From NCBI GenBank assembly GCA_963765495.1, contig CAVXWP010000002.1:192001-256000 (forward strand): a DNA stretch of 64,000 nt. Direction: 5' to 3'. Position numbers and translations under genes: made by a program. Under the pieces are notes generated by a model. The model was not told where the DNA came from. It saw nothing but the letters and a program-made list of their open reading frames with translations, and did no database searches. Below are positions 10,270-21,042 of this stretch, in pieces. How positions within the stretch are numbered: position 1 is the first letter of the stretch; every line of letters begins with the position of its first letter. This stretch comes from Blastocatellia bacterium. GTDB taxonomy: Bacteria; Acidobacteriota; Blastocatellia; UBA7656.

Positions 10270-11187
10270 ATGTCTTACAAAATCATCACCCTGCTCATCC
10301 TTGCATTTCTGCCTGTCATCGAGCCTTCATTCGGGCAATCTCCCGTTCAGGATCGCCAGAAACCATCCGATCAGAAACAAGAGATTACCCTGACATCAAA
10401 CCTCGTCAGCATAACTGTCACTGTAAACGACCGATTGGGCAGGTCCGTCACAGGGATGAGCAAAGACAATTTCGAGATTTACGACGATGATGTAAAACAG
10501 ACAATCGCCATCTTCTCAGACGATGATGCCCCGGTTTCAATCGGCATAGTCTATGACGTGTCAGGTTCTATGGGCGATTTGACTACGCAAACATTCCTTA
10601 CGCTCAAACAGTTTTTTGACACGTCACACGAAGAGGACGAATTCTTTATCGTCGCATTCAATAACAAGCCCAAACTCGTGCAGGACTTCACTTCATCTCC
10701 GAACGAAATTCTGAACCGCGTTATTTATGTCAAAGCCGGAGGGGCAACGGCCCTGTTTGACGCGACTTACCTTGCCATAAACAAGGTTCAGCAGGGCCGC
10801 CATCAGAAGAGGGCCCTGTTGATCCTCTCAGATGGAGAGGAGAACAACAGCCGCTACTCGGGCAAAGAGTTGAACAATCTCTTGAAAGAGAGCGATGTGC
10901 TGATCTACACCATAGGGATGAGCGATTTAATGGCAGGCGCAGGAACGCTGAATAGATTAGCCGGTATGAGCGGCGGACAGGCGTACTTTCCTATGGATTA
11001 CTCGGAATCCGATGATATTTATAAGCGAATAGCCCTGCAACTGCGGCATCAATATGTGATTGGTTTTTATCCGACCGACACCGAGGCCGGAATGAAGTGG
11101 CACAGGCTCAAGATAAGAGTAAAGGCTCCGAAAGCTCTTGGCCGCCTGTCGCTAAGTTATAAAAAAGGCTACAGGTCATTCAGGTAA
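10270..11187 (+). CDS. VWA-domain protein (acidobacterial VWFA-related)
   Basis: GGAGGT RBS; signal peptide; MIDAS motif DVSGSM, TALFDA, LSDGEEN; LRHQYVIGFYP. Confidence 0.92.
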   Translation: MSYKIITLLILAFLPVIEPSFGQSPVQDRQKPSDQKQEITLTSNLVSITVTVNDRLGRSVTGMSKDNFEIYDDDVKQTIAIFSDDDAPVSIGIVYDVSGSMGDLTTQTFLTLKQFFDTSHEEDEFFIVAFNNKPKLVQDFTSSPNEILNRVIYVKAGGATALFDATYLAINKVQQGRHQKRALLILSDGEENNSRYSGKELNNLLKESDVLIYTIGMSDLMAGAGTLNRLAGMSGGQAYFPMDYSESDDIYKRIALQLRHQYVIGFYPTDTEAGMKWHRLKIRVKAPKALGRLSLSYKKGYRSFR

Positions 11188-12022
11188 GGATAGATCAAGA
11201 GCAGGTCTTGCCCTTTCAACTTCCGAACGGCCCTGCTTTAAGCAGAAAGTATACTGGCATTTACCCTTTGCCCTAACTCCAGTTCGCATTGTGATATTGA
11301 CGCAGTAGTGTTGAAACCCGACGGAATATTCAGCATACTCGCACAGGCAAACGGCGAATCGGATACCACTCTGTCAAACATGATAGGTCGAGCACATTAT
11401 GAGTAACAAACTAAAGCAGACTGCACAAAATTAGTAGAAACAAATCTTCAAAGTGGCGGCCCTGCCTCTTGAGAACATTTCCTCGCAAAAGATTTTTCCC
11501 GGATAACTCCATTCGCTTTTTCCGGCGTTCTTTTTACTCGTATGTTCAAAGAGTTTATTCACTCTTACCGACTGCTACAGCATGAAAAGTAGTTTAATTA
11601 ACATCAGATAAGGGCATTTTGATCGGCAGGTTTGGCAACTAAAGAATAATATTGTATCGCGGCGGCCAACCATGTATGATTGTGATACCGTTACTCTACC
11701 GCACCCCTCTCACACACAGCGCGGCAGGCGACGGGACAGATGTTTTTAACCGGTCCCTGTGTTGGTTTGAAAGTTGGTACCGCTAATTTCAAAGTTTCGG
11801 CTTTAGAAACTGATCTACACGGGACATTTGCTCTTTGCCCTTTTTTTGATATTCAGGTGTAGTTAAAATCTTGCTCCAAGGGTAGAACCGATAAGGTACG
11901 GCTCCCGATCCCCCCCCATAGTAACCGGGAGATATATTTTGCGTAATCAAGCAGAAATACGTTAGAGCTGTGCGTAGCTATAGTCAGGTTCATCTGAGAT
12001 TAGTGAAGCAGGTTCGAGATTG

Positions 12023-14434
12023 ATGGCCTTGAATAGATATATTCCAAAGGTAGCGAGCGTCTTTACCGTATTGTGCGGGGGAGTTGTGCTTTTCGGCTGG
12101 GCATTCGACATCGAATCCTTAAAGAGCCTCTTTCCGGGGCTGGCCACGATGAAGCCGAATACAGCCGCCAGTTTTCTCTTTAGCGGCATCTCACTCTGGC
12201 TCTTACAGGGTCATCAGGAGCCTACATCCGGGCATTATTACCGGCAAGAATCAGGGCAAATATTCGCGCTCATAGTGGCTTTGTCAGGGTTGCTGACACT
12301 GAGCGAGGACATATTCGGGTGGAACCTCGGCATAGATCAAATATTATTTCGCGATAATGGAGCGACCGCTTCGACCGATTATCCGGGTCGTATGGCTATT
12401 GCTACGGCGCTGAATTTTTCCCTGCTCGGCTGCTCTTTGCTTCTCGTGAAGGTAAAGACCCGGTTTGTTCGCCTGTCCGGCCAGATGTTGACTCACATTG
12501 TGATATTTATTTCCCTGCTTGCTCTGGTGGGATATGCCTACGGAGTTCAGTCTCTATACAAGGTGAGCCCTTTCTCATCAGTCGCGTTACACACGGCGAT
12601 AACATTTCTTACGCTGTCTATCGGTATCCTTTTCATCAATACGGATCGGGGAATAGCGGCTATTGTTCTCAGCGAGGGTCCGGGCGGCGTGCTTTCGCGC
12701 CGCCTGATTCCTGCCATCTTTATCATACCTTTTACAGTCGGATGGTTAAGGCTGGAAGCCCAGCACGCGGGCTACTTTGAAAACAGATTTGGTGTGGCGC
12801 TATTTGCCCTGACCAATATAGCGCTCTTTTCTGTGCTCACATCGTGGACGGCTCGTTCATTGAACCGAGCGGATGAAGAGCGTAAGCGCGCCGAGGATGA
12901 GAATTTCAAACTGGCCTCCATAGTGGAATACTCAGACGACGCGATTTTCGCCAAGACGCTCGACAACATTATTACCAGTTGGAATAAGGGTGCCGAGCGC
13001 ATTTACGGCTATAAGCCAAAAGAGATAATCGGTCTTCCGGTCTCCATTTTAATCCCGCCTGACCTCGCAGACGAGGCACAGCAGATAATCGAGAAGATCA
13101 GAAACGATGAGAGGGTTGAACATTTTGAAACCGTCCGTGTCAGGAAGGATGGCGAATCAATCTATGTCTCGCTCACGATTTCGCCGATCAAGGATGCGGC
13201 AGGCAGGATTGTAGGAGCATCATCGGTAGCGCGCGACATCACGGCGCGCCAACGGATGGAGGATGCGCTGCGACAGGGTGAGGAGCGACTTCAAATAGTG
13301 ACTGAGAACATGAGCGAGGCACTGGTCATCTCGGACCTCGACGGCCAATTGATCCATTGGAATCGGGCGGGGATGGAGATGCACGGTTTCAAGGACCTCG
13401 GTGAGTGGCTCTTGCGCATCCCGGATTTCGAGAAATTTTATGAACTCTCGACGCTTGACGGCGCTGTTTTGAGCCCGGAGCAATGGCCGCTTGCGCGTGT
13501 AATCCGTGGGGAAAATGTGCGGAATTTCGAAGTTCGCGCCGGCCGTCTCGATCTAGAATGGGAGCGCGTGTTCAGTTATAGCGGCACCATCGTCCATGAG
13601 TCGAACGGAAGGCCGCTGGCCTTTGTCACGATCACGGACATCACCGAGCGCAAGCGCGCCGAAGAGGCTGTCCGCCGTCTCAATGAAGAGCTTGAGCAAC
13701 GGGTCAATGAGCGGACCGCTCAACTTCAGAGCGTAAACAGAGAGCTTGAAGCATTCTCATACTCGGTCTCGCACGACCTGCGCGCACCCTTGCGACATAT
13801 AAACGGATTCTCTACAGCGCTGCTGGAAGACTATCAGGATTCGATAGACGAGACGGGCAGGTCCTATCTCCGAGAGTTATGCGGAGCCAGCAAGGAGATG
13901 GCGCAACTGATTGATGATCTGTTGCAGCTTTCGCGAGTAACCCGCAGCGACATGCAATGCGAGACGGTTCATCTGACTGAGATGGCCTGTGGAGTGATAG
14001 ATGAGTTGAAGCGGATGGAGCCGGAACGAATTGTACAATTTGAAACAGAAGAAGATTTGACGGCATACGGCGACAGGCGGCTGCTAAAAGTTTTATTGAC
14101 CAATCTGCTTGGAAACGCCTGGAAATTTACATCGAAACGAGAAGCCCCCGAAATCAGGTTCGGTCAGGAAATAAGGGAGCAAGAGAATGTCTATTTCGTC
14201 CGCGATAACGGCGCAGGATTCGATATGACTTACGCGGATAAATTGTTCGGCGCATTCCAACGCCTTCACAGCCCTCGCGAATTCGAGGGCACAGGCATAG
14301 GGCTGGCCACGGTTCACAGGATAATCCTCAGGCACGGTGGCCGCGTCTGGGCCAGAGGGAAAGTAAACGAAGGAGCATCCTTCTATTTCACCCTCCCGGA
14401 AGTTAAAGAGGAACAAGAATGGAAAGCAAGATGA
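12023..14434 (+). CDS. Membrane-bound PAS-domain sensor histidine kinase
   Basis: About 7 N-terminal TM helices, 2 PAS/PAC domains, H-box FSYSVSHDLRAPLRHI, N-box NLLGNAWKFT, G-boxes DNGAGF and GTGIGLA. Confidence 0.95.
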   Translation: MALNRYIPKVASVFTVLCGGVVLFGWAFDIESLKSLFPGLATMKPNTAASFLFSGISLWLLQGHQEPTSGHYYRQESGQIFALIVALSGLLTLSEDIFGWNLGIDQILFRDNGATASTDYPGRMAIATALNFSLLGCSLLLVKVKTRFVRLSGQMLTHIVIFISLLALVGYAYGVQSLYKVSPFSSVALHTAITFLTLSIGILFINTDRGIAAIVLSEGPGGVLSRRLIPAIFIIPFTVGWLRLEAQHAGYFENRFGVALFALTNIALFSVLTSWTARSLNRADEERKRAEDENFKLASIVEYSDDAIFAKTLDNIITSWNKGAERIYGYKPKEIIGLPVSILIPPDLADEAQQIIEKIRNDERVEHFETVRVRKDGESIYVSLTISPIKDAAGRIVGASSVARDITARQRMEDALRQGEERLQIVTENMSEALVISDLDGQLIHWNRAGMEMHGFKDLGEWLLRIPDFEKFYELSTLDGAVLSPEQWPLARVIRGENVRNFEVRAGRLDLEWERVFSYSGTIVHESNGRPLAFVTITDITERKRAEEAVRRLNEELEQRVNERTAQLQSVNRELEAFSYSVSHDLRAPLRHINGFSTALLEDYQDSIDETGRSYLRELCGASKEMAQLIDDLLQLSRVTRSDMQCETVHLTEMACGVIDELKRMEPERIVQFETEEDLTAYGDRRLLKVLLTNLLGNAWKFTSKREAPEIRFGQEIREQENVYFVRDNGAGFDMTYADKLFGAFQRLHSPREFEGTGIGLATVHRIILRHGGRVWARGKVNEGASFYFTLPEVKEEQEWKAR

Positions 14435-14859
14435 TTCTTCTGGTAGAAGATGATGCAAGTGATGAAGTCTTGACTCTAAGGGCGCTTGGAAAGACCAACA
14501 TCATCAATGATGTCGTCGTCACGCGAGATGGTGTTGAGGCGCTCGATTATCTTTTTGGAACCGGCACCTACGCGGGTCGAGATTTGAACATAATGCCACA
14601 GCTAATTCTTCTCGATCTAAAACTCCCAAAGATAGATGGATTGCAGGTATTGCAAAGGGTTCGTGCCGATGAGCGAACAAAACTTATCCCCGTAATCATA
14701 TTTACATCCTCCGATGAGGATAGAGATGTGATTGGAAGCTATCACCTGGGAGCAAACAGCTATGTCCAAAAACCGGTGGATTTCGAGCGCTTCATGGCCG
14801 CGATTCAGCAGTTGGGAATGTACTGGCTGGTCTTAAACAAGGTTCCGGCCTGGAGATAG
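14419..14859 (+). CDS. Single-domain response regulator (Rcp1-like)
   Basis: ILLVEDD, LLDLKLPKIDG, FTSS, GANSYVQKPVDF; overlaps the kinase stop codon. Confidence 0.95.
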   Translation: MESKMILLVEDDASDEVLTLRALGKTNIINDVVVTRDGVEALDYLFGTGTYAGRDLNIMPQLILLDLKLPKIDGLQVLQRVRADERTKLIPVIIFTSSDEDRDVIGSYHLGANSYVQKPVDFERFMAAIQQLGMYWLVLNKVPAWR

Positions 14860-14869
14860 GCTTTAGTGT

Positions 14870-17800
14870 ATGAATAGAAAATTACGAGTTTTAAATGTTG
14901 AGGATTCTGAGAGGGATTCCACATTACTCTGCCGCCATCTGGCGCAGGCTGGCTATGAGATGGAATTTCTTCGTGTTGATACGCATTCGGCAATGAAGGA
15001 AGCGATTGAATCTAACAGATGGGATTTGATCCTCTCTGATTTTGTCATGCCTCAGTTCGATGCCATGGCGGCGCTGGTTCTCTTAAAGGAGATGAAACAG
15101 GATATTCCTTTTATCATCGTATCCGGGACCATCGGCGAAGAGACAGCGGTAAAAGCCATGCTGGCCGGCGCAAACGATTATCTTATGAAGAGTCATCTGG
15201 CACGACTCGCCCCGGCCATCGAGCGAGAGCTGCAAGAGGCGGAAAATCGTCGCGCGCGCAGGCTGATGGAAGCGGCGCTGCGACAAAGTGAAGACCGCTA
15301 TCGAGACCTCGTAGAAAACAGCAATGATCTTATCTGCACCCACGATCTGGAAGGGAGAATTCTCTCTGTCAACGAAGCGTCTGTTCGGCTTTTAGGGCAC
15401 GATAAGGCAACCCTTCTGAATATGAATATTCGTGATATCCTCTTCCCCGAACTTCAGGACGGTTTCGATGACTATATTCAAAAGCTTCTAAACAACGGCA
15501 TCGCTAAAGGATTTATGGCCGTTAAGACCAGGCACGGAGAGAAGCTTCTCTGGGAATACACAAACACGTTACGAACTCAGGGGGTCGCGATCCCAATTGT
15601 GCGCGGGGTGGCGCACGATATAACCGAGCAGAGACGAGCCGAAAATGCGCTCAAAGCGTCAGAGGCTGAACTGCGCGCTCTGTTTGCGGCAATGACGGAT
15701 GTAATCCTCGTGATTGATGCCGAGGGGCGTCATTTGAGAATCGCCTCGACAAATCCCAGCCTCTTGTACAAGCCCGCTTCTGATATGATCGGAAAGACCT
15801 TTCACGAATTATTCCCGAAGGAGAAAGCCGATTTCTTCCTGAGACAAGTGCAAACCGCGCTTTCCAACTCCGGCAATCTCAGAGTCGAATACAGCCTCAA
15901 TATAGGCGGCGCGGAATTCTGGTTTGACTCCAGCGTATCGCCGATGTCAGAGAATTCGGTTATCTGGATTGCCCGCGACATAACCGAACGTAAAAAGGCG
16001 GAGGATTCAATACGATTTCAGGCTCATCTGCTAAACACAGTCGAACAATCGGTGATCGCCACAGACCTGTCAGGACATGTGATTTACTGGAATCAATTCG
16101 CGGAAAAACTATATGGCTGGACGGTCGCCGAAGCCCTGGGGAGGAAAATCCTTGAACTCACTCTCGCTGTTGACGCAAAAGAGACGGCATCTGAAATCAT
16201 GTCTCAATTACAGGCCGGAAAGAGCTGGTCAGGCGAATTCCTGGTCAGACATAAGAATGGCCGTGTGTTCCCCGCCCTGGTCACAGATACACCGATCTAC
16301 AACAAGGAAGGAATTCTGGTAGGCATTGTCGGCGTTTCAGTGGACATCACGGAACGCAAGAGTGCAGAAGAGGAGAAAGCAAGGCTGAACGCCGAAATAG
16401 AGAGCCAGCGCCAGCGGCTGGATAACATCATCTCGAACGTGCCGGGCGCGGTCTGGGAGGTCTTTGGCGAGCCGGATAAACTTACACACCAGACAAACTT
16501 CATGAGCAATTACGTGGAGAAGATCGCCGGTTACAGCGTAGAGGAATGGCACTCAACGCCTAATCTGTGGCTATCGATTGTTCACCCTGATGATCGAGAG
16601 GAAACCGCCCGTATCGCTGCCGCTGGATTTGCCAGGGGCGAGAACAAGACGCACGCTTTTCGCTGGATCGCAAAGGACGGGCATACGGTCTGGGTCGAAG
16701 CGCATACGGCTATCATCACGGATGACGAAGGCCGGCCCGTCGGGGAACGCGGTGTCACTATAGACATCAGCGAGCGCAAACAGGCGGAGGCGGCTCTGAG
16801 AGAAGCCGAAGAAAAATATAGAAGCATCTTTGAAAACGCGGTCGAAGGCATCTTCCAATCAACTCTAAACGGAGCCATTATCGCGGCAAATCCCGCGATG
16901 GTTCGTATTCTCGGCTATGAGTCTCAGCAAGACTTGATCGAGAGCTTCGAGGACGGACAGGATCAGTATTATGTTGATCCCAACACGCGAACATATGTGA
17001 TAAATACTCTCATGGATAAGGGCGTCATAGTCGGCTATGAGTGCGAAGTGTTTTGTAAAGACCAGAGCAAGATATGGGTCGTGGAAAATATACGCGCTGT
17101 TACGGATGAGACCGGCGCGGCCGTCTATTTTGAAGGCTCAATCGAAGACATAACCGAGCGAAAGATACTCGAAGATCAATTTCGACAGGCGCAAAAGATG
17201 GAGGCTATCGGGCAACTGGCAGGCGGGATCGCTCACGATTTCAATAACCTGTTGACAGCCATCACCGGATACAGCGACCTCTCGATTATGAAGTTGCAGG
17301 ACGAAGACCCGCTGCTTCGGAATCTGGAAGAGATAAGAAAGGCAGGCGACCGCGCCGCCGCGCTCACGCGCCAGCTTCTGGCCTTCAGCCGCAAACAGGT
17401 CCTGCAACCAAAAGTTCTCGATATCAATACAATCGTGACAGATATGGAGAAGATGCTCCGGCGGCTGATCGGAGAGAATATAGATTTACAGACATCACTC
17501 AGCCCCGACCCCGGTCACATCAAAGCCGACCCCGGACAGATAGAGCAGGTCATTATGAATCTCGTCGTCAATGCTCGCGACGCAATGCCGCAGGGAGGGA
17601 AATTGACCATTCAAACCGACAATGTTCAGTTTGATGAGGAATACGCGAGACAGCACCTCGGCATCAACCCCGGTTCTTACTTGATGATTGCCGTCAGCGA
17701 TAATGGCGAGGGCATGGATGCCGAGACGCAAAAGCGGATATTCGAGCCTTTCTTTACGACTAAGGAAGTCGGGAAAGGAACCGGGCTTGGACTCTCAACC

Positions 17801-18316
17801 GTCTACGGCATAATCAAACAATCGGGGGGCGAAATTCTGGTCTACAGCGAGGTCGGTGTGGGGACTACCTTTAAAATATATCTGCCCCTCGTCTCAGAAA
17901 AGCTCAAACTCAACAAGTCGGGCGCGAAAGAGGAGCCTTTGCAGGGCACAGAGACAGTTCTTCTGGTCGAAGATGAAGAACTGGTGCGAGCACTCGCCCG
18001 GGATGTGTTGAAGGTTTACGGTTACCGGGTACTTGAGGCGGAAAATGGCAAGGTCGCGTTTCAGATCTGTCAGCAAAAAGCCGAGGAGATTCATCTTCTC
18101 ATAAGCGATGTCATTATGCCTGAGATGAGCGGCCCCAATCTGGCAACACGACTGACGCAATTGTGCCCCGAAATAAGAGTGCTCTATATGTCGGGCTACA
18201 CGGATAGAGGCGCCCTGCATCAGGGGATATTGGAGGCGGGGGCAAACTTTATACAGAAACCATTTTCGCCTGCTCAACTGGCGAAAAGAGTGCGAGAGGT
18301 GCTCGATCAGAGGTAA
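14870..18316 (+). CDS. Cytoplasmic hybrid histidine kinase (REC-5xPAS-HisKA-HATPase-REC)
   Basis: N-terminal receiver; five PAS/PAC repeats ending in DITE-like motifs; LAGGIAHDFNNLL; NLVVNARDAM; C-terminal receiver LLISDVIMP...QKPF. Confidence 0.95.
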   Translation: MNRKLRVLNVEDSERDSTLLCRHLAQAGYEMEFLRVDTHSAMKEAIESNRWDLILSDFVMPQFDAMAALVLLKEMKQDIPFIIVSGTIGEETAVKAMLAGANDYLMKSHLARLAPAIERELQEAENRRARRLMEAALRQSEDRYRDLVENSNDLICTHDLEGRILSVNEASVRLLGHDKATLLNMNIRDILFPELQDGFDDYIQKLLNNGIAKGFMAVKTRHGEKLLWEYTNTLRTQGVAIPIVRGVAHDITEQRRAENALKASEAELRALFAAMTDVILVIDAEGRHLRIASTNPSLLYKPASDMIGKTFHELFPKEKADFFLRQVQTALSNSGNLRVEYSLNIGGAEFWFDSSVSPMSENSVIWIARDITERKKAEDSIRFQAHLLNTVEQSVIATDLSGHVIYWNQFAEKLYGWTVAEALGRKILELTLAVDAKETASEIMSQLQAGKSWSGEFLVRHKNGRVFPALVTDTPIYNKEGILVGIVGVSVDITERKSAEEEKARLNAEIESQRQRLDNIISNVPGAVWEVFGEPDKLTHQTNFMSNYVEKIAGYSVEEWHSTPNLWLSIVHPDDREETARIAAAGFARGENKTHAFRWIAKDGHTVWVEAHTAIITDDEGRPVGERGVTIDISERKQAEAALREAEEKYRSIFENAVEGIFQSTLNGAIIAANPAMVRILGYESQQDLIESFEDGQDQYYVDPNTRTYVINTLMDKGVIVGYECEVFCKDQSKIWVVENIRAVTDETGAAVYFEGSIEDITERKILEDQFRQAQKMEAIGQLAGGIAHDFNNLLTAITGYSDLSIMKLQDEDPLLRNLEEIRKAGDRAAALTRQLLAFSRKQVLQPKVLDINTIVTDMEKMLRRLIGENIDLQTSLSPDPGHIKADPGQIEQVIMNLVVNARDAMPQGGKLTIQTDNVQFDEEYARQHLGINPGSYLMIAVSDNGEGMDAETQKRIFEPFFTTKEVGKGTGLGLSTVYGIIKQSGGEILVYSEVGVGTTFKIYLPLVSEKLKLNKSGAKEEPLQGTETVLLVEDEELVRALARDVLKVYGYRVLEAENGKVAFQICQQKAEEIHLLISDVIMPEMSGPNLATRLTQLCPEIRVLYMSGYTDRGALHQGILEAGANFIQKPFSPAQLAKRVREVLDQR

Positions 18317-18438
18317 AGTTGAGCTTTCTGCATAACTCACTTGACCGGGCGCTTACTGGCGAGGTTGAATTGAACTTCCGGGTTCCTTGAACGATTTTCC
18401 AATTCACTTTTTAACAGCGGCACGAAGGGGATTTGATT

Positions 18439-18819
18439 ATGATCAGGAGAAGAGGGAGGATGGTGTGGATTCCGATTAGTATGATATTGCTCGTTTTTTC
18501 TACAATCGGAGCGAATGGTCAGGCCCTCGATGCGGGCAAATTTCCCGTAGGCAGCTATATCGACGGAGATTTCATCGCCACCTTTACGGCTGACGGCAAA
18601 TTCCTTTTACATACGGATGATTTTTTGAAGGCAGAAGGGGTTTACGCCGTTAATAAAGATGAAATCACCATCAAGGAAAAGGGTGGGAGCGGAGAGTGCG
18701 CCGGAACAGGAAAATACAAGTGGCAATTCGATGGAAAGGCGCTTCACTTTTCAAAGATCGAAGACCCGTGTAGAGGAAGAATCCATCACATGACATCGCG
18801 TAGATGGCCAATGATTTAA
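18439..18819 (+). CDS. Small secreted hypothetical protein
   Basis: Signal peptide; beta-rich; two Cys (GECAGTGKYKW...DPCRGR). Confidence 0.65.
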   Translation: MIRRRGRMVWIPISMILLVFSTIGANGQALDAGKFPVGSYIDGDFIATFTADGKFLLHTDDFLKAEGVYAVNKDEITIKEKGGSGECAGTGKYKWQFDGKALHFSKIEDPCRGRIHHMTSRRWPMI

Positions 18820-18869
18820 CGCGCAAGACAATCTGTTCGATACAAGAGTTTGAAAGGAAACCACTACTT

Positions 18870-19592
18870 ATGTCGCAACCGGAAATTTTCCACATAGGCA
18901 TTCCCGTTTATGAGCTTGTAGATTTGCTGGATGTCGCTGCGCCTGCTGAGATGTTTTATTGGATGGCGCAAAACTGGAAAAGCAAGACGGGTGATAAAAA
19001 GACGGCTAAGGTCATACTGGTCGGCGCGACAACTGACCCGGTCAGGACGCTGAGTGGGGTTTCGATTTCTCCAACCCTGACTTTTGATGATTGCCCACAA
19101 CTCGATCTACTCTGGGTTCCCGGCGGAGATCCTGCCGCGCTGAATGCCAAAATGAATGATCCGGTCTTTATCAATTTCCTGCAAAAGCAAAGCGAAAAAG
19201 CGAGGTTCGTCACATCGGTTTGCGAAGGCGCGTTGCTGCTTGCAAGCGCCGGTCTGCTAAACGGATACAGAGCGACGACTCACTGGGCATTTATTTCCTG
19301 CCTGGAAAGATATCCCGAAATCACCGTCGTAGAAGGCTACCCGCGATTTGTTGTGAATTACTCGGAAGAGACCGGCAAGTATGTAGTGACGGGCGGAGGC
19401 GTTTCTTCGGGATTGGATGAATCGCTGGAACTGATATCGCTTGTGAGCGCCGTGGTGCTTGAGACCGCGAGTGGAAAAGATATTGCCCAGCAGGTGCAGT
19501 TGACCACACAGTATTATCCGCGCCCGCCCGTATGGGGAGAAATCCCCGGCTCAAACAACTGTCCGCTCGACGATCTGAAGCAAAAGGATTGA
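18870..19592 (+). CDS. DJ-1/PfpI family protein (isonitrile hydratase-like)
   Basis: AAGGA RBS; LWVPGG, TSVCEGALLLASAGLL, ATTHW, TGGGVSSGLD. Confidence 0.9.
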   Translation: MSQPEIFHIGIPVYELVDLLDVAAPAEMFYWMAQNWKSKTGDKKTAKVILVGATTDPVRTLSGVSISPTLTFDDCPQLDLLWVPGGDPAALNAKMNDPVFINFLQKQSEKARFVTSVCEGALLLASAGLLNGYRATTHWAFISCLERYPEITVVEGYPRFVVNYSEETGKYVVTGGGVSSGLDESLELISLVSAVVLETASGKDIAQQVQLTTQYYPRPPVWGEIPGSNNCPLDDLKQKD

Positions 19593-19667
19593 GATAAGAT
19601 CAGCCTACTTTTCTACATTTTGGAAGACTGAATGCCGCTGCGGTTCGCAATTATAACGTACCCCCAT

Positions 19668-20912
19668 TTATAACGTACCGCTATATTCTTCGCTGGCTCG
19701 ACCTGCCTCTTCTGCCGCGCCCTCGGCAATGCCCGAATCAACATAACCACCCGAGCCGGATTTTCTTGCCAGCCATGCCCTTAGTCGTCGCCAGGCCAGC
19801 GCCAGCCCCGTCCATACGAGGAACACCGCGCCTGCCGAGGCAAGCCCGGCTATAGACTGTCCAACCAGCCCCGCGACCTCTCCCGTATGCGCGAACCTCA
19901 GGAAGGAACGTAGCCTGCGCCCCGGCGTGTTGCTCGAGAACGGCTCCCAGCGCGCAGCCGCAGGGTTGTTTCTTTCAAGAGTCAACTGCCCGCGCTTCTG
20001 GGGCTGCCCTCCATCGCCCTGATCTATCGAGAAAGCTACGGGCGCATCCATCGAGGTCGGCAAACGCAGGCTGATGATTTGCCAGTCGGGCACCTGTTGT
20101 TCTGCTCGCGACCATAGCGGATTTAGCCCTTCAAAAGATACCTCTACATCTCTGTGCTCGCGCGCACCCTGCCCGGCATTTGGCGGAGGCTGACCGGGCG
20201 CTCCTCGCGGCGCAGGCGGGGCCTCGCCTGCTATGCGATAAACAAGATTATTTGCCCACCCGTAAGACATCACGACTCCCGACAATACGATAATGAAAAG
20301 AGGAACTACCGACCACAAACCGATTACATTATGCCAGTTGAAATCACGGGCCTTGCCGCCAACCCCGCGCCTGAACCAGATCACTTTCCTGAGATTGGAC
20401 CAGTTCCATTTTCGCGGCCACCATAGATAAAAGCCACTGACGACAAGGAAAAGGAAGCCAAAATTGCAAGCTCCTGTGATAGCGCGTCCGACGGCGCGAT
20501 TTTCTCCGCTTGCGCCCAGCCAGCGATGCCAGTCTTCTATGAGGCGGAAAAAATCCCTTAAAGATTGAGAGCCTTCGCCCAGGACTTCACCCGTGTAAGG
20601 ATTGATGAAGACCGTACCCCCACCCGTGAAACCGATTGCGGCAGGCTCCGTCTGATCGGCCCGCATCGTAAACGTGGAGGGTACTTTATCCGGTCTCGAT
20701 TCCCTGGCTCTGGCAAGCAATGTCTCTACAGGCAAGCGCGAGGCTCCGGCCTCAGGCAACACCGCTTGATAATTGCGCGTGTCGGCCCAACTGGTGATCT
20801 CTCGCTCGTAAGTCAAAAGCAACCCTGTGACCGACATTATGAGTACGACAAGACCGGCCACCACCCCCATAGGCAGGTGACACCAGAAAATTATTTTGCG
20901 AAACCGATTCAT
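19668..20912 (-). CDS. PepSY-associated TM helix protein (PiuB-like iron-regulated membrane protein)
   Basis: FWCHL...SVTG, FINPYTGEVLG, DWHRWL, SGFYLWWP, FNWHNVIG, RFAHTGE. Confidence 0.9.
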   Translation of the reverse strand: MNRFRKIIFWCHLPMGVVAGLVVLIMSVTGLLLTYEREITSWADTRNYQAVLPEAGASRLPVETLLARARESRPDKVPSTFTMRADQTEPAAIGFTGGGTVFINPYTGEVLGEGSQSLRDFFRLIEDWHRWLGASGENRAVGRAITGACNFGFLFLVVSGFYLWWPRKWNWSNLRKVIWFRRGVGGKARDFNWHNVIGLWSVVPLFIIVLSGVVMSYGWANNLVYRIAGEAPPAPRGAPGQPPPNAGQGAREHRDVEVSFEGLNPLWSRAEQQVPDWQIISLRLPTSMDAPVAFSIDQGDGGQPQKRGQLTLERNNPAAARWEPFSSNTPGRRLRSFLRFAHTGEVAGLVGQSIAGLASAGAVFLVWTGLALAWRRLRAWLARKSGSGGYVDSGIAEGAAEEAGRASEEYSGTL

Positions 20913-20932
20913 AAACTTAGCGACTCCTATTC

Positions 20933-21025
20933 TGATTCGTGATGCGTGATTCGTGACTATTTGAGAGTTTGCCCGTTATAGCCACTTCGCAAACCTCGTA
21001 AATCACGCATCACTCTTCGCGCATT
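20933..21025. repeat. Inverted heptamer repeats (TGATTCG/TGATGCG)n ... (AATCACG/CATCAC)
   Basis: About 3 tandem heptamers at 20933-20956 and reverse-complement copies at about 21001-21025. Confidence 0.55.
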
Positions 21026-21042
21026 ACTTCCCACGTATCCCG

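Noticed and set aside
11338-11430. c-di-GMP-I riboswitch (GCACAGGCAAAC start)
   Set aside because: Lacks the GAAA-capped stem and the following GACGCAAAG segment; also far from the next start codon.
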